From the IMG/VR virus record IMGVR_UViG_3300045988_173816, positions 96,001 to 160,000 of that record: a DNA stretch of 64,000 nucleotides; one strand, 5' to 3'. The notes beneath the pieces were generated by a model that was not told the DNA's origin, did no database searches, and was given only the letters and a program-made list of their open reading frames with translations. Made by a program: the position numbers and the translations under genes. The stretch is from a virus. This document shows positions 44,884-53,339 of the stretch, in pieces. Within the stretch, counting starts at the first letter, position 1. Each line of letters begins with the position of its first letter.

Positions 44884-45210
44884 ATGAATTTCAATTCTGA
44901 GTTAAATACTATTCTCAATGCTGGTTTATTCATTGGTTTTGCTAGTCTTTGGATTTTCCACGTGCTATGTTTTTATATTCCTCTTCTTGTTCCTTCTTGT
45001 AGAGACTTAATTAAACTTAAAGACAGCGATTTGAATACAATTTCAAATTTCACAAGTGAAGTAGGAGTTGGGTTTATTATAGGTTTAGGTACAGTTTCTT
45101 CATTGTCTTCTAAAGTTTATGATGCTTCAGGTTACATTTACGCACTCGTTTCCACTCTAGCTTTTTGCTTAATTTGGAGATACGTTAGAGGACATTGGGT
45201 TTCTGATTAG
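44884..45210 (+). CDS. small membrane protein (cluster member 5)
   Basis: AGAGG SD. 3 TM helices. Confidence 0.75.
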   Translation: MNFNSELNTILNAGLFIGFASLWIFHVLCFYIPLLVPSCRDLIKLKDSDLNTISNFTSEVGVGFIIGLGTVSSLSSKVYDASGYIYALVSTLAFCLIWRYVRGHWVSD

Positions 45211-45213
45211 AGG

Positions 45214-45576
45214 ATGAGGTATCTAATGATTATTTTAGGTTTATTTTGGATTTATTGGTTTGCTGTCTTGTTTACTCTAATGAGAAGTCCAGAATTACAA
45301 CATTATTTAAGACTTAGTGATATTCAAGCAACTAAATCTTTAACTTTCAGTTTAGTTTTTGTAGGTTTGTCTTGCTTAAGTTTGTTAGTGGTTACTAGTA
45401 TAGGCTTAACTTATTACTTAGAGTTTATAGCTCTTAGTTTAACTGTAATAGGTTCTCTAATTTCTCTATTGGTTTTACAAACAGGAGGTTGTAAATGGCA
45501 CAAAAGAAAAAGAAATACTACGCAGTCAGAAACACTAATCAAATCTTCGAAGATTGGTCTGATTGTGAGAAAGTAG
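45214..45576 (+). CDS. small membrane protein (cluster member 6) with a basic tail overlapping the RNase H start
   Basis: 3 TM helices. The last 80 nt overlap the next gene in another frame. Confidence 0.65.
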   Translation: MRYLMIILGLFWIYWFAVLFTLMRSPELQHYLRLSDIQATKSLTFSLVFVGLSCLSLLVVTSIGLTYYLEFIALSLTVIGSLISLLVLQTGGCKWHKRKRNTTQSETLIKSSKIGLIVRK

Positions 45577-46223
45577 TAAAAGGGGTTAAGGGTGTTGAGT
45601 TCAAAAGTTTTCCTACAAGAGAACAAGCTGAAGCTTATTTGAGAGGTGAGGAACCAGTATTGTCCACAAAGAAAACCTCCGAAGTTGTTCCTTATGTCTC
45701 AGATTGTGGGATAAAAGGTACAATTCGTATGGCAGAAGACTCTGACCCACTCCTTTGGGGTATCGAGGGTTTCGTTTATTCGATTGACGGCTCTTTCAAT
45801 ACACAAACTCAAACTTACGGTGGTGCTTTTGCTTGCTATGAAAATAGTGTATTGTTAGATGCTCAAGCAGTTGCAAATAATAAACCAAATTTCGCTGCTT
45901 CAAGAAATGTAGCAGGAGAGGTTTGTGGTTTTGGTTTGGCGATTGAAGATGCGATTAAGCGCCAACTTAGTAAAGTAACTATTGTTTGTGACTATGAGGG
46001 TATCTTTCGTTGGTCTGCACCTAAGTCTGTAAAGGTTAATGAACAAGCTTGTTGGGGAACATCATTGAAGAAATCAGTTGGGAAGTACCATGCTTATATC
46101 TTGCAAAGAGCCAAAGAACATGGAATTGAAGAGGTTGATTTCATTTGGGTTAGGGGACATAGGGGTTTAAAAATCAATCAAACAGTTGATAAGTTGGTGA
46201 AGAAAGTTGTCGGATTGAAGTAA
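45495..46223 (+). CDS. RNase H1 with N-terminal hybrid-binding (viroplasmin/RNase H1 N-terminal) domain
   Basis: AGGAGG SD. The N-terminal KKYYAVRNTNQIFEDWSDCEKVVKGVKGVEFKSFPTREQAEAYL is followed by IDGSFN, AGEVCG, VCDYEG and WVRGHRG..NQTVDKLVKK. Confidence 0.8.
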   Translation: MAQKKKKYYAVRNTNQIFEDWSDCEKVVKGVKGVEFKSFPTREQAEAYLRGEEPVLSTKKTSEVVPYVSDCGIKGTIRMAEDSDPLLWGIEGFVYSIDGSFNTQTQTYGGAFACYENSVLLDAQAVANNKPNFAASRNVAGEVCGFGLAIEDAIKRQLSKVTIVCDYEGIFRWSAPKSVKVNEQACWGTSLKKSVGKYHAYILQRAKEHGIEEVDFIWVRGHRGLKINQTVDKLVKKVVGLK

Positions 46224-46265
46224 AAGGGATAGGTGTTCTTTTGTTATCTACTAAATCATACAGTC

Positions 46266-46294
46266 TTGTCATTTTGGGTTATTTCTGATATAAT
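46266..46294 (+). promoter_or_regulatory. sigma-A type promoter for the second tnpB
   Basis: TTGTCA, 17 bp spacer, TGaTATAAT. Confidence 0.6.
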
Positions 46295-46326
46295 ATAAAT
46301 ATGTTAAAAAGAAAGGAGTTACCGAT

Positions 46327-47691
46327 GTGAAAATACTGTCTAGCTATAGAATTAAGTTAACTGGCGATTTGAACGCTTTAGATAATTCTATTGCTATCTA
46401 TCGTGAAGCACTTCATTTTATTATCCCTATTGTAAGTACGCATTGGGATGAAATGAAAGATTTTAAGTATGTGAACCAACGTATGAGTTATATTGAGAAA
46501 CTGATTCATTCCACCAAAGTAAGTCATTCTCTTTATAACTTCGACAAGGATTTTCCTAAATTTCCTTCTTATTTACGTAGAGCGGTTATTATGAAGTCAG
46601 TGGGTATCGTCTCTTCTTATCACAGTAACTTAGCAAATTGGGAAGAAAAGAAAGTAGAACTAGAGGTAAATGGTGAGAAAATACCTCAACGTCCTCGTTT
46701 GGAGACTCATCATTTTGACTATCCAGCTTATTACAAAGGAAACCTTTTCCGCAATTTCAACCCTATCACCCAAACTATTGATCTCAAAGTCTTTAAAAGG
46801 GGAGACTGGGTTTATGAAACTTATACTTTAAAAACTTCTGATTGTAATTACTATCAGAAAAACCTTGCAAATAAGAAACAAAATGTTCCAGTAATTACGA
46901 AGAGAGGTCGTCGTTTTTACGCTACTTTCTCTTATGAGGAAAACGTTCCTTTAATAGCAGAGGATAAGATTGAAAAGATTTGCGCTATTGATTTAGGTTT
47001 GACTACAGATGCTACTTGTTGCATTATGGGTGCCGATGGTACGGTTTACGCTCGAAAGTTCATTCAGTTCAGCGAAGAACACGACCAATTAAATACTCAG
47101 TTGGGTCGCATTAAGCGAAATCAAAAACGAGGTAACAAGAAGAATACTCGGCTTTGGAAGAGAGTTTCCGGTATCTCTCAAAATATTGCAGATAAAACTG
47201 CTCAAGCTATTTTTGAGTTTGGAAGTCAATATGGAGTTGATGTTTTCGTACTTGAGTTTTTAGACTTTAAAGGAAAACAAACGGTTAAACGCGCGCATTT
47301 TTGGCGCTATAAACGTATCTTTTCTGTTTTGGGTATGAAAGCTCACAGACATGGTTTACGGATTTCGAGAGTTTGTGCTTATAACACCAGTCGCTTGGCT
47401 TTTGACGGTTCAGGATTTGTAAAACGGGGGTGTAAACTCAGTAAGGAAACCCCTTATAGCATTATCCAGTTTGCAAGTGGTAAAGTCTATAATGCAGATT
47501 TAAATGCTACATATAACATCGGTGCGCGTTATTGGATACGACACCTATTAAAAACCGTTACGGTGACGCAACGGTTAGCACTTGAGGCAAAAGTTCCTCA
47601 AGTAGCTAAGAGGAACACCTGCACCTTGTCTCACCTCATTAGTCTAAGAAGTGAACTTCTTGCGTTAAACGTGAAGAGAAATCAGGTTTAG
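46327..47691 (+). CDS. tnpB: divergent TnpB-like RuvC nuclease lacking the CxxC zinc finger. No tnpA nearby.
   Basis: GTG start behind AAAGGAG. RuvC-I ICAIDLGLTTDATC, RuvC-II VFVLEFLDFKG, RuvC-III YNADLNATYNIGARY. The segment between II and III (AYNTSRLAFDGSGFVKRG..) has no Cys pairs. Confidence 0.75.
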   Translation: MKILSSYRIKLTGDLNALDNSIAIYREALHFIIPIVSTHWDEMKDFKYVNQRMSYIEKLIHSTKVSHSLYNFDKDFPKFPSYLRRAVIMKSVGIVSSYHSNLANWEEKKVELEVNGEKIPQRPRLETHHFDYPAYYKGNLFRNFNPITQTIDLKVFKRGDWVYETYTLKTSDCNYYQKNLANKKQNVPVITKRGRRFYATFSYEENVPLIAEDKIEKICAIDLGLTTDATCCIMGADGTVYARKFIQFSEEHDQLNTQLGRIKRNQKRGNKKNTRLWKRVSGISQNIADKTAQAIFEFGSQYGVDVFVLEFLDFKGKQTVKRAHFWRYKRIFSVLGMKAHRHGLRISRVCAYNTSRLAFDGSGFVKRGCKLSKETPYSIIQFASGKVYNADLNATYNIGARYWIRHLLKTVTVTQRLALEAKVPQVAKRNTCTLSHLISLRSELLALNVKRNQV

Positions 47692-47800
47692 ACTGTATGG
47701 AGAGAAAAGGAGTCAATACCGGGCAGAGGTTGAAACACCGAACCTGTTATTGAAGCTCCATTTAAACGTAGTTTAGGTGGTGAGGTTTCACCCGTTTGAG
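47692..47800 (+). ncRNA. possible omega-RNA tail of the second tnpB
   Basis: GC-richer non-coding stretch with small stems (GGTTGAAACACCGAACC; GGTGAGGTTTCACC). The call rests on position only. Confidence 0.25.
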
Positions 47801-47943
47801 TTGAAATTTGTTTGGAGAACATTTATACTTAATGAGAATGATAGAATTTTATTCAATGGCAACTCTTATCAGTTGGTTACTCAGAACTATCAAAGTGGTT
47901 GGTATGCTGCAACTCCAAAGTTAGCGAAAACTAAAGCTAAGAA

Positions 47944-47959
47944 ATATATATATATATAT
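47944..47959. repeat. (AT)8 microsatellite
   Basis: ATATATATATATATAT read directly from the sequence. Confidence 0.9.
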
Positions 47960-48063
47960 TAAACAAGGGTATCTCGTAGAAGGGTCAAAAACTCAAAGTC
48001 ATGGAATTCCTATGATTTATTATCGTTTCACAGGTTGTCCAAAAGATTAGAGTTATAGTTTAG

Positions 48064-48086
48064 AAGAGAGGTGTAGACCTCTTTTT
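48064..48086 (+). terminator. intrinsic terminator
   Basis: AAGAGAGGT-GTAG-ACCTCTTTT, then T. Confidence 0.75.
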
Positions 48087-48089
48087 ATC

Positions 48090-48118
48090 TTGACAAAAAT
48101 AACTTATTTTGTTATAAT
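48090..48118 (+). promoter_or_regulatory. sigma-A type promoter
   Basis: TTGACA, 17 bp spacer, TGtTATAAT. Confidence 0.75.
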
Positions 48119-48150
48119 AAAGAAAATGAATGATTTGAGGTAAAAATTAG

Positions 48151-48588
48151 ATGGATTTAACTCACTTAAACGAAGAGGGGTATAACTTAGCATTACTTGG
48201 TTCGTTTTTACAGACGACAATTATAGAGCCTACTTCAATATCTGCATCTTTGTACGATGATGAACTTACTGAAGGTTTTAAACGAGTTGACTCAAATTGG
48301 ACGCAATATCAAGTATTATATTTAGCTTTAAGTGAGTTTAACACTTTATACTTAACTACTTCAACTGAGGGTGCTATTGCTTATATTCCAGTTACAAATA
48401 TCTATGAGTATTCTTTCCCAAGGGACGGTGAAATCCGAGAGGAAATGAACCGTATGGCAAGAGAATATTTTAGGGAACTAAAACAATTTGTATTTAATCA
48501 TACACACAAATTTAGTGTGGCATTGGCTTATGGTGGTGTCGAAGAAGTTGGTGTAGTTTTCGCAAAAGAGAACAAAGGTGGTAAGTAG
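48151..48588 (+). CDS. hypothetical protein, paralog of 48590..49042
   Basis: YQVLYLALSEFNTLYLTTSTEGAIAYIPVTNIYEYSFPRDGEIREEMNRMAREY aligns with the next gene. Confidence 0.85.
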   Translation: MDLTHLNEEGYNLALLGSFLQTTIIEPTSISASLYDDELTEGFKRVDSNWTQYQVLYLALSEFNTLYLTTSTEGAIAYIPVTNIYEYSFPRDGEIREEMNRMAREYFRELKQFVFNHTHKFSVALAYGGVEEVGVVFAKENKGGK

Positions 48589-48589
48589 T

Positions 48590-49042
48590 ATGGTTAAACT
48601 ATTTAAAACAAAAGAAGAGCGTGATTTAGCGTTCGTTTCAAATATGTGGGAGAGACTTAAGCGAAAGGATAAATTACGGGAAGTTTTGAGTTATTCTCAG
48701 ACACCTTATGAGATTAAAGCTTACTTATCTGACCCAGAGTTGAATAAAAGTTTCCGTTATATTGGTTGGGGTCACAAGTACCAAGTCCTTTATTTGGCGG
48801 TAGATGAGACTTATAATTTAGTTTTGACAACATCATGCTCAGGGTATCAAGCTTGGTTTCCGATTTCCGTAATTTATTCTGAGTTCTTCCCTCAACATGG
48901 CACTTTGAGAAGACGTATGGAAAAGTTGGCAAGTCGGTATCTTTTTGAGTTCAACCAATTATTGAGTGAAGTTTCTCCTTTGGAGTTGAAGGTTTATAGT
49001 TCTAACTTAAATCATGTTATTTTAAAGTTTGACTGCTTATAA
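48590..49042 (+). CDS. hypothetical protein, paralog of 48151..48588
   Basis: AAAGGTGG SD. YQVLYLAVDETYNLVLTTSCSGYQAWFPISVIYSEFFPQHGTLRRRMEKLASRY. Confidence 0.85.
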   Translation: MVKLFKTKEERDLAFVSNMWERLKRKDKLREVLSYSQTPYEIKAYLSDPELNKSFRYIGWGHKYQVLYLAVDETYNLVLTTSCSGYQAWFPISVIYSEFFPQHGTLRRRMEKLASRYLFEFNQLLSEVSPLELKVYSSNLNHVILKFDCL

Positions 49043-49066
49043 TGGTTGATACTAAGTTTCTGCTTC

Positions 49067-49095
49067 TTGATAATTTAGTGTAATTATGTTAAAAT
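49067..49095 (+). promoter_or_regulatory. sigma-A type promoter
   Basis: TTGATA, 17 bp spacer, TGtTAAAAT. Confidence 0.6.
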
Positions 49096-49140
49096 AGATT
49101 TACTTTAAGTTAGAGTTTTAAGAGAAAGAGGTTTATTGTT

Positions 49141-49827
49141 ATGGTGAATTTATTTCAACAATATGTTTCAGATAATCGCTTGGAATTAGTTCGTAGGTCT
49201 ACGGTCTTAGAAGGGTATATGTTATCCAAGTTAGATACTGAAACGATTATAAATAAAGGGGTTGTGCAAAAACTTGGGTTTGTACAAATGAAAGAAGTAG
49301 TGAACTTAAATCGAGCTTGGGATTGGGTTTGTCAACCACATACCTTCACCAAAACTATATTAGAAGATTTACATGAAATTATTTCAGATGAAGTAACTAA
49401 TTATAGATATTTAGAGGGTTACTTTAGGTCTGAGACTTATGAAGTCAAAATATCAGGATCTTCTTATGTACCTCCATGCATGAGTAGAAATGACGCCTTA
49501 AATGAGTTCGGGTATCACCTTGAACACTTACTTCCTTTTCTTAATTCTTCTAACTCTATAGAGCAGAAAAGAGATAAATGTTTACAATTTTATCTATATT
49601 TGATGAAACGGCAGTTCTTCCATGATTGTAATAAGCGGACTTCTTACTTGTTTTTAAATTATCTGTTTAATGCTTTTGATTTAGGTTGTATTATGTATTT
49701 ACCTAAACTTTCAGCAGAAGGTACATATTTGAAACATTTGAAGAATTTTTATGAAAGTGAGGATAATCAATATGTCCAACAATTTGTCACTTACCTCAAA
49801 AAATACTATGTCAAATCAGTACATTGA
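49141..49827 (+). CDS. Fic/Fido-like protein with a degenerate active-site motif (tentative)
   Basis: RQFFHDCNKRTSYLFLNYL aligns with HPFxDGNGR, but Q replaces the catalytic His. Confidence 0.35.
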   Translation: MVNLFQQYVSDNRLELVRRSTVLEGYMLSKLDTETIINKGVVQKLGFVQMKEVVNLNRAWDWVCQPHTFTKTILEDLHEIISDEVTNYRYLEGYFRSETYEVKISGSSYVPPCMSRNDALNEFGYHLEHLLPFLNSSNSIEQKRDKCLQFYLYLMKRQFFHDCNKRTSYLFLNYLFNAFDLGCIMYLPKLSAEGTYLKHLKNFYESEDNQYVQQFVTYLKKYYVKSVH

Positions 49828-50200
49828 AGATAATACGGTATATGAGGATGTTGTACCTAACACTTCTCATGTTGAAGTTTCTCAGTTGAGTTTACCTTCT
49901 CAAATTGCTTATTTTAGTGGGTTATCTTATGATTTAGTTGTTACTTTTTTACATAATGAAACTAGTTTTGATTTACCTTATGAAAGTTTAGCGTTAGATT
50001 ACTCTAAGTTTAATTTAGTTAAACAAGCACTGACAACAGACTTAGTGAAGAAACATTTCTCTTTCTTTAAAGAGTGGTATATTCAGGTTTTTGGTATTGG
50101 TTCTTCTCTTGTTGAAAAAAGTTCATTGGTTCAGTTTTTAACGAAAGGTAAACTAACAGTAAGTGATTACTTTAGATGCACACAACTTAAGTTTTTGTAG
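49772..50200 (+). CDS. hypothetical protein (start uncertain)
   Basis: GTGAGGA SD lies 8 nt before ATG-49772, which overlaps the 3' end of the previous gene. ATG-49808 is an alternative start. Confidence 0.55.
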   Translation: MSNNLSLTSKNTMSNQYIEDNTVYEDVVPNTSHVEVSQLSLPSQIAYFSGLSYDLVVTFLHNETSFDLPYESLALDYSKFNLVKQALTTDLVKKHFSFFKEWYIQVFGIGSSLVEKSSLVQFLTKGKLTVSDYFRCTQLKFL

Positions 50201-50218
50201 AAGTATTTTAAACATTAG

Positions 50219-50245
50219 TAAACCCTTGAAAGTCAAGGGTTTTTG
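50219..50245 (+). terminator. intrinsic terminator overlapping the next promoter
   Basis: TAAACCCTTGA-AAG-TCAAGGGTTTT. The -35 TTGAAA of the next promoter lies inside the stem. Confidence 0.7.
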
Positions 50246-50254
50246 TGATATACT
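50226..50254 (+). promoter_or_regulatory. sigma-A type promoter
   Basis: TTGAAA, 17 bp spacer, TGaTATACT. Confidence 0.6.
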
Positions 50255-50286
50255 AAAGGAAATTTACATGAGAAATGGAGTACAAA

Positions 50287-50610
50287 ATGGACATAAACTA
50301 TTGCAAATATCTAACAACTTTACCTTTGATGATTCGTCCTTTGAGTGGTTACGGTTCTTGGCGAGGTATCTACGCTGAACCAGCCTTGTTTTTTGATTTG
50401 GATTCTGACTATGTACCTATTTCAACATTAGCAGATGCACTTGATGATTTAAGTTCTGGAAGACCGTTTGACGGTTATAAGGGTGGTCGTTACTTGTACA
50501 ACGATAGCTCTCCTTTACACTTTGAAAGTAGTTATAGAAGTTGTTCTGACAATCCTCTTTCACTCTATTTGTCGCCAGAGTCGGTTGCATCTTTGAATGG
50601 TATGGTTTAA
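50287..50610 (+). CDS. hypothetical protein (107 aa)
   Basis: TGGAG SD lies 6 nt before ATG-50287. ATG-50275 from the track has poorer spacing. Confidence 0.65.
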   Translation: MDINYCKYLTTLPLMIRPLSGYGSWRGIYAEPALFFDLDSDYVPISTLADALDDLSSGRPFDGYKGGRYLYNDSSPLHFESSYRSCSDNPLSLYLSPESVASLNGMV

Positions 50611-50613
50611 CTT

Positions 50614-51438
50614 ATGACTTCCATTGATTTACAACAAGGCGACTGCTTAGAGTTGATGAAGGGCATCCCAAGCAAAAGTATCGACTTAATTTTGTGTGAT
50701 TTACCTTACGGAACGACAAGAAACAAGTGGGATAGCGTTATTGACTTAGAGTTGTTGTGGGAACAGTATAACCGTGTTATTAAAGACTGTGGGGCGATTC
50801 TTTTATTCGCACAAACTCCATTTGATAAGGTCTTAGGGTATTCTAATCTTAAACACCTAAGATATGAGATTATTTGGCAAAAGACTGCCCCAACAGGATT
50901 TCTAAATGCAAAGAAAATGCCCATGAAGGCTCATGAGAATATTTTAGTGTTTTACAAGAAATTACCAACTTACAATCCTCAAATGACTCAGGGTCATCCA
51001 AGAAAGGTTTCAAGTAAATCTAGTAGGAAGAACTCTGTAGAAAGACATCAAGGGAAGTCAGAAGTATTAGCTTCTAACTATAATTCGTATGGTGAAAGTC
51101 GAGTTGATTACGACTCAACAGAGCGATATCCACTAAGCGTTCAAGTTTTCGCAAAGGACCAGCAAAAAGAAAATTACCATCCTACTCAAAAACCCGTTGC
51201 TTTGTTGGAGTGGTTAATTAAAACCTATACTAATGAAGGTGACTTGGTTTTAGATAATTGTATGGGTTCAGGTTCAACAGGAGTAGCTTGCGTAAATACT
51301 AATCGTAATTTTATTGGTATGGAGTTAACTGAGCAATATTTTGAGATTGCCAAAGAAAGAATAGGGAAAGTATTAGAGAAGAAAGATGAACAAAAGACAG
51401 AAAAAGAAGATAGGTCTCATTCTTCCAAAGAAGATTAA
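50614..51438 (+). CDS. N6-adenine/N4-cytosine DNA methyltransferase (beta class, orphan)
   Basis: Catalytic motif LILCDLPYGT (a DPPY variant) precedes HPTQKP and the AdoMet motif VLDNCMGSGSTGVAC. Confidence 0.85.
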   Translation: MTSIDLQQGDCLELMKGIPSKSIDLILCDLPYGTTRNKWDSVIDLELLWEQYNRVIKDCGAILLFAQTPFDKVLGYSNLKHLRYEIIWQKTAPTGFLNAKKMPMKAHENILVFYKKLPTYNPQMTQGHPRKVSSKSSRKNSVERHQGKSEVLASNYNSYGESRVDYDSTERYPLSVQVFAKDQQKENYHPTQKPVALLEWLIKTYTNEGDLVLDNCMGSGSTGVACVNTNRNFIGMELTEQYFEIAKERIGKVLEKKDEQKTEKEDRSHSSKED

Positions 51439-51847
51439 GAGCTTGGTACGAAGATATTCTACCTTGCACTTGAACCAAGATGAATTAGGTGGTACATTCG
51501 AGTATGGGTATTCTTTTAATTCTGAGGGTTTCGGAAATGGTTTAGCTCCGTATAGCACTTTGACTGACCAAACTAATACGCAGATTTATAACGAGTGTGC
51601 TACTTTGTACGACTATGTGAGTCATTTGATAGGTACTTGGTACGGAGATTACTCTTGCGGTTCTGTTGAGAATTGTAGGAATTATCGGATTGTCAAAGAG
51701 TTTGAAACACAAGTTGTTTTTGTAGAACAAACTCCACCTTCGGTATCCTATTATGTCCACCAAACAGGTTTTGAAGACTATTACAGCGGTACTATTTATA
51801 TTCCACTACGAAATGGTAAGTTCTTGGCTTACGATTTTAATTGTTAA
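51386..51847 (+). CDS. hypothetical protein with a basic MNKRQKKK N-terminus
   Basis: Overlaps the MTase 3' end by 53 nt. The N-terminus resembles those of 53340 and 57227. Confidence 0.6.
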   Translation: MNKRQKKKIGLILPKKIKSLVRRYSTLHLNQDELGGTFEYGYSFNSEGFGNGLAPYSTLTDQTNTQIYNECATLYDYVSHLIGTWYGDYSCGSVENCRNYRIVKEFETQVVFVEQTPPSVSYYVHQTGFEDYYSGTIYIPLRNGKFLAYDFNC

Positions 51848-51862
51848 TGAGGTTTTTATATT

Positions 51863-52153
51863 ATGTTTTATGTTATTAGCTTAGAAAAACTAACCGATTT
51901 GCGTTTAAACTTATGGTCTCATGATGTTTTAGGTGTAGTATCGTCAACACATGCAGTCCCTAAAGTCTTATTAGACCTTACATTACAACAATTCCCTGAA
52001 TATGTAGAGTCTGAGTTTCACTTGGATTTGCTATTGCGTTTGCAAAACGCTTTTTGGAATAGAAAAGATAAGAATTATTTCAAATATACGGTAGAAGATA
52101 ATAATTCATTTAAAGGTAACTTCTACGTTGAACTTGTTCCGAAACTAGACTAG
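51863..52153 (+). CDS. hypothetical protein (96 aa)
   Basis: TGAGG SD. Followed by a terminator. Confidence 0.7.
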   Translation: MFYVISLEKLTDLRLNLWSHDVLGVVSSTHAVPKVLLDLTLQQFPEYVESEFHLDLLLRLQNAFWNRKDKNYFKYTVEDNNSFKGNFYVELVPKLD

Positions 52154-52158
52154 ATTGA

Positions 52159-52186
52159 AAAAAGTAGGTGTCAAGCCTACTTTTTA
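52159..52186 (+). terminator. intrinsic terminator
   Basis: AAAAAGTAGG-TGTCAAG-CCTACTTTTT. Confidence 0.8.
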
Positions 52187-52187
52187 T

Positions 52188-52216
52188 TTGACAAAATTTA
52201 TTATTTTTGATATAAT
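52188..52216 (+). promoter_or_regulatory. sigma-A type promoter
   Basis: TTGACA, 17 bp spacer, TGaTATAAT. Confidence 0.8.
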
Positions 52217-52249
52217 AAAGAAAATAAATTAGAAAAGGGTTGAATAATT

Positions 52250-52645
52250 ATGTCAGAAAAACAAGCGAAATACACAAAGAAAGACTTTCAAGTAGGGCAG
52301 ACTGTTTATATTGAACAAATTGGAGCTTCAGTACATTACTTAAAAGATACTATAGGTAAAGTAACTGAGGAAATAATTGAGAAAATTGGGGTCAAGTTCG
52401 TAACGACCAACAAAGGTCGGTATCGTTTAGATGATGGCTTGGATGATTGTGATACAAGTAAGGATTTTTTACTTCACTTAACGGAACAAGAAGCTAAGGA
52501 TAGTGCATTAGAGCGAAAATTGAAGAAAGAAATTTTATCTAAAGTAAAGTTTGATTTAGTTAAAACTTTAACTTTAGAGGAACTACAAACGATAGGATCA
52601 ATTTTAACTGATGCAGAAGAACGCTTGAACGGAGGTCTTAAATGA
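52250..52645 (+). CDS. hypothetical protein
   Basis: 131 aa. First gene of a 5-gene operon. Confidence 0.75.
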   Translation: MSEKQAKYTKKDFQVGQTVYIEQIGASVHYLKDTIGKVTEEIIEKIGVKFVTTNKGRYRLDDGLDDCDTSKDFLLHLTEQEAKDSALERKLKKEILSKVKFDLVKTLTLEELQTIGSILTDAEERLNGGLK

Positions 52646-52953
52646 AACCAATAGAATTTACATTAGCACCTACCGTGGTAATTGAAACGCCACAAACACT
52701 TGAGGATTTACTTAAAGAATTAGGACTTTTCACTTATACAGTTCAAATTTTGGAATTTAAGTCTTTAGAACAAGTTAGTGCTTACCGTATTCAAAAAGCA
52801 CACTTAGAACGTGAAGATAAAGTTTATCTACTTAACAAAGAGACCTTAGAGTTGGCTTACATTCCAAAGGTTGGGGTAGATGCTATGACATTGCTACTCA
52901 GCACCAAGGGTATCTTAGTTCTCGAAACCCTCGAAGCAAATCCAGTTATTTAA
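52642..52953 (+). CDS. hypothetical protein
   Basis: ATGA overlap with the upstream gene. Confidence 0.75.
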   Translation: MKPIEFTLAPTVVIETPQTLEDLLKELGLFTYTVQILEFKSLEQVSAYRIQKAHLEREDKVYLLNKETLELAYIPKVGVDAMTLLLSTKGILVLETLEANPVI

Positions 52954-52965
52954 AGGAGTCTCAGT

Positions 52966-53328
52966 ATGAAATTAGAGGAAATTAAACAGTACAAAGTTGG
53001 CTCAAAGGTTTTTGAAACGAAAGAGGAAGCAGAAGCTTACCTAAAAGAACAAGAAATAGAAAAACTTCGCCAAAACAATCCTCAAGTTAACTTTCCATTT
53101 ACTTCGACTGTTTATTATGAAAACCTTGTCTCTACAGATGACCGTGGAAATCTGCAAATTAAGGCTCGTTGGTTTAGTTTGGACGATGCTATAGCTGCTA
53201 TGGACGATTATGCAGATTATTTCCGAGAAAAAGGGACTGGTTCTATTAGAAAAGTTACAATCTCTTTATCTGATAACCCATCTCAAGGTACTGTTTCAGT
53301 CCATTTCGAGACAGTGGTAAGAAAGTAG
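52966..53328 (+). CDS. hypothetical protein
   Basis: AAGGAG SD. Confidence 0.75.
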   Translation: MKLEEIKQYKVGSKVFETKEEAEAYLKEQEIEKLRQNNPQVNFPFTSTVYYENLVSTDDRGNLQIKARWFSLDDAIAAMDDYADYFREKGTGSIRKVTISLSDNPSQGTVSVHFETVVRK

Positions 53329-53339
53329 GTAAAAATTAA

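Noticed and set aside
47777-47962. A 61-aa ORF (GTG start) downstream of the second tnpB, ending in an (AT)8 run.
   Set aside because: It has no SD, lies in the presumed omega-RNA/right-end region, and its C-terminus (KKYIYIY) is generated by the microsatellite. It is probably non-coding.
49141-49827. A confident Fic (AMPylase) annotation.
   Set aside because: Only a degenerate motif (FFHDCNKRT) is present, and the catalytic His position appears to be Gln. It is kept as a low-confidence Fido-like call only.
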